A stretch of 64,000 nt of DNA from Amoebophrya sp. A120 (Eukaryota > Protista > Dinoflagellata). The notes beneath the pieces are model-generated. The model ran no database searches. It was not told where the DNA came from and saw nothing but the letters and a program-made list of their open reading frames with translations. The DNA is taken from assembly GCA_905178155.1 (NCBI GenBank), contig CAJINV010000001.1, forward strand, positions 14,756,142 to 14,820,141. Direction: 5' to 3'. Positions 38,296-48,581 of the stretch are shown piece after piece. The position numbers and the translations under genes were made by a program. How positions within the stretch are numbered: the first letter of the stretch is position 1; every line of letters starts with the position of its first letter.

Positions 38296-39439
38296 GATTA
38301 AACCGTTGCCGTTCTTGTGCGAGTTGTAGATGCAGATGGATCCATATGATGTCAAAAAAGATACACAAATAAACAGAAAATTCACTAAAGAAGAAGGCTT
38401 GAGGATTACAGATTGATTCGACGGGAGGACACCGATGCAACTATTAGTGTAAGCATGTTTGTCTTGTCTGTACTGAGAGGTTTTTGGTCTGCTGGGAGAA
38501 GCGGGAGGTCGTGAGCAACTGATAATTTCACTTTTATGAGGACAATGCATGGCCATGTCATCGATGTATCATGACAACGAGAACGACCAAGAATGCGTCT
38601 AAAACAATATCGATTGTCATTGTCATGTCTCACTTTGCATGGCGATCTTACCGGGCGAACATCTCCAAAGACCTCGGATCAGATTTGTGATCATGCAAGC
38701 ACACAAGAAGATCTTCGTATTTGATTCAATGGTGGATAAAATACCAATATCGCAAAGGATGGGACAAAATCAAAATACAGTTAAAGGTGATGTCAAATTC
38801 AAACAGGTCATTTACAAGCCACAAAGAATTCTACAAATAAAACCACCGCCGCAATCTTGCTGATACCGTTGCACAAACAGAAAAGTAAAGCGTCGTCGTG
38901 AATTCGCGTTTCTAAGTAAAAGTGGAATGAAATCATGTGAAAAAGATGTACTACCTACAACCGCAAATCGTACATACAAACAAAAAGGAAAACCTCAACA
39001 TGGCCGCCAATTGTCATACTTTTCTCTGATAAGCAAGTGAAAACCAACAAAAACGAATCGAAGTCGTCTGTGTCGAAAAAGACGACATGGACACTTTTTT
39101 TTACCGATCACGATCTACCATTATCATACAAAAAATCACTTGAAGTACCGGATTCCGCTTGTCCAACAGTACTTTAAATCTCTTGTAGCGTTCTTTTTGG
39201 CAGCATGAAAGAATCGAAAATGGAAAACGAAAAATGCATAGTTGTTTAAACCGATGAATTGAAAAATGCAAAACGAAGAAGACTGCAATGAATTTCCTAC
39301 TTCATATCGCCCCTTCCACGCCTTCCAGGAAAATGAGCTCAAGTACCTGCATCGACTCGACACACTGAAATGATGAAAGCAAGTTGCTCGGTCGTACCCA
39401 ACAGGCAGGTGCTTGGCTCCTTCATATCGATGCTGCACC

Positions 39440-42400
39440 TTAGTTTTTCCGCATCTGAAACAGAGACGGGACCTTCAGCGTCGGCGCCGCTCCCAGACCG
39501 ACACTGACCACTGGAGAAGAAGTGCTGGCTGCGGATTTTCGCACGAACGCCGGGGATTGTGCCGTGACAGTTCTTCTTTCCATCTCGATCCGTTCCGAAC
39601 GCTGATCGACTTGCTCTTCCCCCGAGTAGGAGTAGCTCGCCGAAGCGTTGTTCATCTTGTGGCTCACCGTCGCACTCGCACTATTGTTGCAGTATAACCT
39701 TTCCAGCGCGTTCACACTCCCATCGGTCTCGTCCACCGTTTGCACCGAAGACGTCCTGCCCTGGGTCGACATCGACGGCGGAGCACGTGGGGGCCGCCCG
39801 CTGCTCGTTGCCACCCCCCGCTGCGTCGTTGCGCTCTGATTTCTCCTATGCATGGCTTCTGAGTTTTTGTTCAGAAGCTCTGCCATTGAAGTCGGCTGCT
39901 GGCGCGAAGAGGTGCTCGTTACACTGCTGCTTCGTCGGAGCGACGCAGATCTTGTTGTGGCGGAGTTCACTGTAGATCCGGCTCGGCGGTTCAGGTAACT
40001 ATTGGGGTTGCTCGCGCTTGCCGTCGGGGTGAAGGCCGCAGAAGCGGTGGACCGACGAGTTTGATGCTGCGTCGAAGAGCCGCTTTTCCTGGTTTCCAAT
40101 TGTTGAAAATGAACGGGCTCCGTCGGCGTTGCAGGTGATGCTGTTCTTTGGCTCGCTTCCTGTTCCTCTGACTCACTCATGCTTGCGGTGCTGCGAAAGA
40201 CGAAACTCGGACGACTCGTCCTCGAATTCATCGTTGTGGCGCGCGTGCTCATGGTCCCCGCACCGCTGAGCGTGTAATTTCCCGCCGCGACCATCATTTT
40301 TTGTGTGGAAGTTGACGCGCTGCTTGTTCTTTCCCCGGGGTAGAAGCTGAACGTCGCCTTTTTCGCTGCCGCCGTCTCGCTGTTGTTCTGCTCCTCGGTT
40401 GTGGGTGTCATTTCCGGCGAAAATTCCTCCATTTTCGAAGCCTGTTTTTTATCCTTCTCGTTGAACCTGACTAACAGGGTCTCTGACCGGTTCAGCAACC
40501 CTTTCGTCCTTGTTTGGGAGCTGCTAAACTCAATGCCCTTCTCCATCGGCGCGTTCACGCTCATCCTGGAAAGCCGCTGCGACGCCGTTGCACCGTTGCT
40601 GCCCCCGTTGCCGCCCCCGCCGACGGACCGCGGGGAGCGCGGGGATTCGGTGCCCGCCTTGGACTGGATCCGGCTGCTGGCAACCGAGGAGTGCGCCTCT
40701 TCCTGTTGCTCGTGAAACTTGTCCACATGCTTCTTCTTATTCACCACTCTTCGGTCCCGGGACTGCTTCCGTCGCAGCGACATCTCGTTTCGGTCCAGGC
40801 GCCGGTTGAAGTCCTGGCTCTGCTGCCGTTCGCGCATCACCTGGTGGGGCGACTTGCTACGTCGCTTCTTGTTTCCTGCTTTGTCCGTGGACAGCACTTC
40901 GTGGTTCACGTCCGTCTCTAGTGTCTGATTGTCAATACCGTCCCGCGTTTCCAGCGCGTGCGTTTCCACCGTACTGCCGCTGCGCACCAGATGCGACCCC
41001 TCGCGTCCGCGCGCCGGGGAGCCAAGCCGTGAGGGCGAGCGAGATCGGTCCTGGGCGAACTTCAGCAATTCTCGGGTCACCGTCGGACTACTGGTTCTGG
41101 TCCTGGCCGGGGCTGCTTTCGCCAACTCCTCGCGGGTTTTGGAGATCGGGTCCCAGAGAAACGAGCCCTGGTTGGTGTTCACCTTCCCGATCTTCTGTAC
41201 GGCAAAGATCGGTCGACTGTGGTACTCAAAGTTGAAGGTGGACTTGTGCGGGTGCAAGTTCGGCCCGCTCGGAACCGTGCCAATCTCGCCGAGCTGCTTG
41301 CTGCTTCCGCGGTTTCCAAACACCTGCTTGGTGGCCACGTCGTGGTAAGCCTGCGCCTTTCGGATCAAGTGGCTTGGACCGGTCGTGGTGGTGCCACTTG
41401 CGCTGCTCGGAGTTGCTCCCGCGGCCGTCGGATTTTGTTCCCCAGCAGCCGTAAGATCCTTGCCGGTCGCCGAAGTGCTGCGTCGCAGCACGCGCCGGTC
41501 ACTCACCGAGCCGTCCTGCCCGTAGCTCTCGTGTGTGTCAATGACACTGGAGTCGATCAGCTGCGGCTTCGCCATGAACAGATTGCTCGCGGCCGGCGGT
41601 CGTGCCGTGCTCGGAGAACTACCAAAGTGCAGAAAGCCAGTTCGCGCGGCCAATCCCGATTTTGCAGGGGCGATATCCCTTTGAGTTTTGTTTTGTATTT
41701 CAAGAAATGAAAATCGATGAATGAATGTAAAAGTTGCCTATTGTGAAAATAGTATGCGGCTCCACTTCCGTAAAAAAATGCAGCGGTCATTCGATATCGA
41801 TCCACACAAGAATAAATGCCAAAAAAAGTTGTACCATCCTCTTTCCTCCGTCGCATCCAGCACTACTCGCCTGTCAAAGTCCAATGCACTGGATTCCAGA
41901 TTAGCTCGGTAGTACCTCTGCCCGTGCGTATCCGAAACTGCTCCTCTGTGGTTCGGCGAGTGGTCCGGAGGGGCAATGGTTAACCGTGGTACGGAGAATT
42001 CGTAGCGCCCCGTGTGCATGAAGCCGGTTCTTTGTTCTACTGGACTGATTGTCGCCGGTGGGCCGCCCGGAGCTCCTGCTCCCCCCGGGGACTTGGATCT
42101 GTTCATCGCGATGGAACTTTGCTTGGAAACGTTCAGCGCGGCCTGTCCTCCCAAGCGGTAGATGGAGGCAGCGGCGTCCCAGTTGCGCACTTCGTGGGTG
42201 AGTTTCGTTTTCTGCTGCGAAAAGTTGTGCACGCGGTAGAACATCACGTCGTCATCCGGGTCGTAAGGCGGCTCTCGCACGTCCAAAAATTCGAGCACCC
42301 GGACGGCCACCTGGCGTAGCTGGCCGAGGAGCTGCTCTTGTTCGTCGCGGTCAAAGTCGGACCCCGGCTGCCGCTTCTGCCAGGTGTAGAGCAACTCGGT

Positions 42401-45143
42401 CACACAAATTTCGTGCTCGAATTCCACCGGGCGCATGGCCATCAGAAAGTCGTCCAGCTGAATCACCCCGGGCTCCTCCTTCGGCAACGTGTTAAACAGA
42501 ATGGACGGCTGCAACAGAATATTGTGCCTGTCAGTGATCGTTGTTGATATCTTCGCGAAGGAGCATGTGCGTCCTGTGCTTAATAAGAGAAGTCGTACTT
42601 GATCGCTCTTGATGCAAGAGAGAAACACAAAGGATACAATTACAACCCGCAAAAGAAGGGCTGGGCAAAGGGAAGCCATGTGCATTACTAGTTAACGTGG
42701 CTAAAGCTAAGCTGGAGAATTCTGTATGGACTCTAGTACGCACCTATGAACGAATTGCTGCAGGTCCGTGCTCGTGACACGGCCGGCTTTTCGCGTGTCC
42801 AGCAGCCGAAAGACGTCTCGGCCGGAGAGCCCGACCAGTTCCGGGCTTTCGTATAACCAGGCAGCGAACTGCGCCAGTACGGTGCCTGCTTTGCTGTCGT
42901 GAAGCGGCTCGCCGTCTCGCATAATCGTTCGTGACTGCATATTCGGCGGAAGTGCGCGCTTCAGGAGAAGAAGGAGGTACCTGCGGTTGATCATGTAACA
43001 AAAACTACTGATGGTGTTGTCGGCGCCTGAGCCTCTCGGTGTGGGTAAGGGAGGTACGGGTATGGCACTATTTGTATCTATTTACTCAGTGAAATTTCTA
43101 CGTATCACACGTCGATCAATTTATTTTTTTTCAATCATGTCTACTGTTCCGTTTGACAATTGTTTTCGAAAATAAATGAACATGATCTACTGAGCTGCAG
43201 AAATCTTACCCACAAATGGTTGGTGTAATCGGGCGCAGGGTGGTCGTCTGTACGCTGACCCCGCGTCGCATCGCCAAAGAGCGCATGTGCACTGCGTGCT
43301 TTCGGAAGTCCTCGAAGATCTTCTTCGCTTCGCTCGCCTGCACGTCGCGCAACCGCTGCAAGCGATTGTGCTTTCCGCGGTTAAATTTGTTGGTGGTATC
43401 GCGGACCATTGCGTACTGCTGTTTCCTATGGGCATCCAGTTTTCCGCGCCAAATGGCCAACTCGCGGTCCTGGCGCTCCCGGGCTTTGTCGACCTTGCGC
43501 AGATACTGCACTCGCAGCTCGTCGTCGACCTTTCGGCCGCCCTCCTTCTCGTGCTTGGCATACTTCTTCATCATATCACGTGCAAAAATGTCTGGGTCTG
43601 GAAGAATGCATATTTGTCATGCGTGTCTAGCATAACTCTTAAATCTGTCATGCACGTTACCCAAGAGCTCCATTTTTCTGTGATGCAGAAACGCAGTTTG
43701 TCATGCAGAATAGGCAACACCTAGAATCTCAGAAACTTGCCATGCTGAGCCAGCATTTGTGGCCTCATCATGAGACGCCACCCAGCATCACAAGTTTCCA
43801 GACCCAGACATTTTATACATTTGATACATCACGTGGAGAATGTTGCCCTTCGTGGAGCTGCAAGCGGTGTGGTAGACGCGGCCTGAAATCAATATATCAC
43901 TTTTTGTATCCTTGATGTTCTTCCAGAACAAGAAACAACGACATTCATTTTGTAGACCGTCAACTTACTTAAGAAAGTATACAAAACCATAGAAATCAAA
44001 AAAACTAATTAGAATTCTCTTTTCTTGTGTGGTGGCATCGATCAAGGCAGAAGAACCCCAACGTACCGTAATCATCCAGCATGGTTTTGACTTTTTTGAA
44101 CTTTTCGGTTTGCATCTGGACCTGTAGCCTCGCTTCCGCGGCGTCTAATGCGTCATCTTGCTCTTCCTATGGGAAGGAAAAAGTGTTACAGTTACACATT
44201 GTGTTGCAAGACCGAAAACACAGACAGCCTTTCTCATGCAGGAAATGCTTTGGATGCTCATTTCCTTCCTGTTTTCCCTTGTGTTTTCTGCATTGCAAGT
44301 TTTCTCTCTCATGCAGAGAAAATTTGTGATGCGAAATTGACAACAAATGTGTAACTGTAACACTTTTTCCGTGGGATACTTCCTGGATCATCTTTATTCT
44401 TTTTTCCAGCTGCCTCTCCTTTTCGTGCAGTTTGTTTCGGAGTTCCGCTTTGAGACAAACGAATTCCTTCTCCACGTTCTCGGAAAATTTCTCCAGAATG
44501 TGCTGCTGCAAGTCCTTGATCCACTTTTTGTAGCAGGACTCGAAGCAGGCCTCCACGTTGGACTCCAAATTCGCGAAAACCTGCTCGATAGTCGCGTCGT
44601 CCAGCACCTTACCAGTGTCGTCGAAGTGTTTGATCGCGATCATGGTGTCAATGTTGAAGCGGTGCACGTACAGCTTGTAGTGCAGCGCGTGGAAACGGCA
44701 CAAACCGCGTTTGCACATGTTCACGCGACCCTGCTCACTGGAGATGCGAAACTGCAACAGCTCCGAAATCACGGACTGCAGCGTGGCGTCACGAGAGGTC
44801 GCAGAGTACAGGCTCGTCACCGGGTTCTTCCCGAGCGAAACCTAAATTTAAGTTGCACAAGAAATTTTTGGAGAAAAAATCTTGTTGTTCATCTAAACTC
44901 TCACATAAGCCTTGCCCTTGCCCTACTTATTCTGGTGGACAATAAAGCAAAACAATACGATTTTTTTTCACTTCATCTTTTTACCTTCAGCAATGACAAG
45001 CATGCGGGACAGTGGTCGCACCCATCGTATACTTTAGGGTTACTACGCAGCACAGCGAGCTCTAGGGGCGTGCGCTCGACAAATGAAGCCGCCTCTGGAA
45101 TAGAGACCTGGCTCATCTCCAGTCGAGAACCGCCGGACGTCAT
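39440..45143 (-). CDS. Large multi-exon coiled-coil protein with EF-hand-like motifs and an S/T/R-rich tail; 5' end uncertain
   Basis: At least 8 exons join in frame (ORFs 44973..45182, 44167..44820, exons about 44166-44067 and 43882-43827, ORFs 43206..43574, 42707..42994, 41738..42685, 39440..41653). EF-hand-like motifs DVFRLLDTRKAGRVTSTDLQQF and LFNTLPKEEPGVIQLDDFL. Two introns are TIR elements. Confidence 0.6.
43574..43826. mobile_element. 253-bp MITE-like introner (family A, copy 2)
   Basis: Perfect TIR core aaaatgtctgggtctggaa (43585-43603) vs 43796-43814. Termini TATC...GATA. 5-bp TSD CATCA at 43569-43573 and 43827-43831. Excision gives in-frame KGNILHVMKKYAK. Confidence 0.9.
44168..44378. 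mobile_element. 211-bp MITE-like introner (family C) forming a canonical GT-AG intron at 44167..44379
   Basis: Perfect 25-bp inverted repeat ggaaaaagtgttacagttacacatt (44176-44200 / 44346-44370). Termini TATG...GATA. 5-bp TSD CTTCC at 44163-44167 and 44379-44383. The minus strand reads GAA|gtatcc...ccatag|GAA GAG, in frame. Confidence 0.9.
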
Positions 45144-48100
45144 TTTTCCTTGTACGTGCCTTTGAAATTGAATCACAATCAAGAAATGGTATTATAATAT
45201 CTTCATTGACAAACAAGACAAAAATGCGATGTAGAAGATGTAGTGGCTATAAGTGACATCAATGTCAGACTGAAATACAGCTACAGACGCAGACCGGCCG
45301 GTACTTGTGACCGGAGGGAAAAACACGACCGCGTTGCGCACGAACAAGACGATTACGATTGCTCTTCAACAAAAAAGATAAACAACATCCACTTATCTAC
45401 GTATCTATGTACTTCGCAAGAAGCTGAAGCCAGAAATGGCTGCAGCTCAGCGCACTACACCCCTACTTTGCAACCGGAGACCTCTTCTATTTATTTTAAT
45501 TTCGTGTTTCAAAAAAAATACTACGAAAGGCGGATAAAGCAAAATGAAAATATCACATCGGATCGGCGATAAAATCATACGACTGCACAACTCTCCTGGG
45601 ACCTCGAAAATCTTGATCTTCGTGAAACAGGAAGGGAAAGCAGACGAATGACTATTGACACCACGACCTAGTACTTGAATACACAAATCACGTGTGAAAA
45701 AAATCTGGTATCCAGCACATCACGACTGACGAAAAATCTAATTACAGCCACGAACCATTTCTGCCCCAGCACGCGCGGTTTATGTTCCGACGCAGTTAAA
45801 CTCGCACCGACAATGAGGACCCAGACAGAAAACAGGCACCGATCATGCGACGTAGTACTTATCCATGATTACGAATCGCAGGACTCACAAAATGAGAGCG
45901 AGACAAAGTCCTGTTTTGTTCCAGGAGAAATTTCAATGCATCCAAAATCCATCGAACAACAGATCTGGTCTCGCTCTGCCGATGAGCTTTGTGAGTTTCG
46001 CCAATGAGAAAGAAATGTTGGTCTAGCTGCTTTGATATAGGCCCCATCGGGATTATTTTCGTGAATTGAACGTCTTCAGGTGTACAAACACAAGCTCCAG
46101 ATGCAGTATAAATCATTCTTGACCATAGTACTGAGGAAATATGCGTCGGGTAGTAGTTGCTTTGGCTTTCGTACTGGTTCGTCCCTGCTGCAAACTGTAT
46201 GTTACAAGCACTAAAAAACTACAACCCAGACACATCAAAAAACTTAATTGCTAAAAAGTAAAACCACGAAACAGGACCGCCACCGGGAATTTCTCTTTGA
46301 CTCCTCTGCTCCAAATTCCAAAAAACATTCCCCGATTGATTAGTAATTGTTCCCGGAGAGACCTAGACAAGACCATTACTTTGTTCTGGAGGAGCGTGAC
46401 TTGAAGTTAAATCAGATCCATGCTTGCTAATGCTAATAACCATCTCAAACAAGCTCAACATCCATATTCGCATTTTTCAAGTCTAGTATATTATATTCAA
46501 ACGCGCAGTAGTTGTGTCCAGCTCGCACTGCACAGAGAAAAGCGGATAAGGAGTGTAGGGCTCTTGTGTCCTCGTCCTCTGCTTTGACAAATCATTTTCG
46601 GCAAAAATTCTATCGATGGCGATATTTTTGGCGATCCCTGCACATGCAATTTTCGTTCGCAACAGGAACCTGAAGTGCAGTACATTCATCGCTGAGGGTG
46701 AAGGAATAAGACCCAAAGGAAAATTGGGAAGTCTAACTCTGCATACAATTTCGTAAGAATGGTATCTTCATCCCTATCCCGAACCATCCCGAGGGTCATT
46801 CTCAGCACCACTACCGTCTGTCACCGCCGTATTTGTATCCTCTAGCGGTCCACATTACGTAATCGAAAGCAAAACGAGGCTGGACATGAAAAAGGATAAA
46901 CATAAAGGTGTTGCCGATCCTCGCTACCTAGTTAAATAAGAAAAAAAAGCTTCGAAGCAGACCACGAAAAGATCAATTAGAAGCCAACTACGGTAAAAAG
47001 GTTAAACCAACGTTCATAAGACTAAAGAGGAAGCAAACGCTATAAAACCAAACAGACGACCATTGCAATCAGATTTGGATTTGGTTCTGTTTAAGCACAT
47101 ATTTTAACATCTCCCTGAACTTAGAGCCACGCAGTCGCGCCGTCGAATTTTATAACCTGAACACGACTCGTAGAGAGTTATTAATGTCCGGCGAAGCCGC
47201 TGCTCGATGATCATACTCGTTTGGTTCTTTACTACATGAGTTTACTTGCGACAAGTCGTCGAGGCGTGGTCGCAACGGCCTGTCTGCGGTGCTGTTGACA
47301 CGTGTCTCTGGCAATCAACGTGAGAAGTGGTCTCGCCCTCGTGTAGAAGTTAGTAGACATGCGCTTCTACAACATTGAACCTGTAATACAGACGCAAGGA
47401 AAAGAGTAGACATCTTCTTCTTCACAAAAGTCCGGTGGCGTGGAAAAAAGCTCGGAAAATGCCTGTTGCTCTTGTTCCATCTACTTGCAATAGTCATACC
47501 AGCAGGTCTTTGTTGTGCTGTTGGGGTCATAGGGACGATGATCTTCTTCACCTTTGTGTTTTTTGGTTCCCCAAAACGGGAGAGCAGCAACATGCTGAGC
47601 ACTAGTAGAAGTGCACCAGCAGAGCAGACTCATGGTGGAGTGATGCCTTTCGTCCTGCGGAACTCAAAGCCTATGCTTGTCGCTGTTGCAGTGGGGCTCG
47701 CTAGTTGTACTCAGTTAAATCTAGCACTAGCAGGATCTCCAAGATAGGCTTTGTACTATGTGTATGTTCCTGGTCGTCAATTTGATGCCACTTTCTTGTT
47801 TTGCTTTTTTGAGACCCTCCCTGTACTATGCTGAAGTTTTGATTTGTTGTCTTAGCTTTCGATAAAAGGACGTCTACAAGACGAACTAGGAGCTCACCTG
47901 TAGGTCGAGCGTTCTTTGGTAGACAGAGCAGAGCCAGTGCCGTGACTCGAACCAGTATACTGCAGATTTATTTTTGCCCCGTTCCTCAACACGTGCACGT
48001 CATTGAAGGAACCTGCAATATTTCGCAGTCTTTCCCCCAACGGCAGACACTCGCCGTACGATCGCGACCGTGCTTGCAGCTGCCCCGTCGTAGCTCTCAG

Positions 48101-48581
48101 CTTGTGGAGCGAACAACAGAAATCGGCTACGGGTGTAACTACAGACTGTATCGGCTTCGGCTCCAGTGTCGGCATAAATACTTACGCACGGAACCACCGC
48201 AGTCCGGTTGTAGGGTTGTAGTTAGTTCTTTCACCAATTTTCAGTTTCGACGAGGTTGGACTTCCTCCCTACTCATGCTGATGCATTCAGATTATAGCGA
48301 CAACATGAAAACGGGTTCGTAAGCAGGGCGTAACTAATGAAGGTGCTTCGGTGAAACTTTCGGAAGTTGGCCCCGGAAAAAAGCGCACTTCGAGAGTTGT
48401 GCCTAAGCGAGGAAAATTGTACGTCGATAGTATTGAGGGGACGAGAAGAACTAATTTAATACTGTAGGGCTTAGTGTGGTCACCGGGAAAGGTACAATTC
48501 TATGATTATGTTATGCTGTGTACAGCTATATGTTCGGAGCATCCTTTACACGAGTATTGGAATCCGAAGAAGTCCTACTTC

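Noticed and set aside
43575-43835. 8-bp direct repeat ATCACGTG as an alternative (hAT-like) TSD
   Set aside because: It overlaps the TIR, and excision on this repeat (253 nt) shifts the frame relative to the upstream exon. The 5-bp CATCA TSD keeps the frame and matches the other copies.
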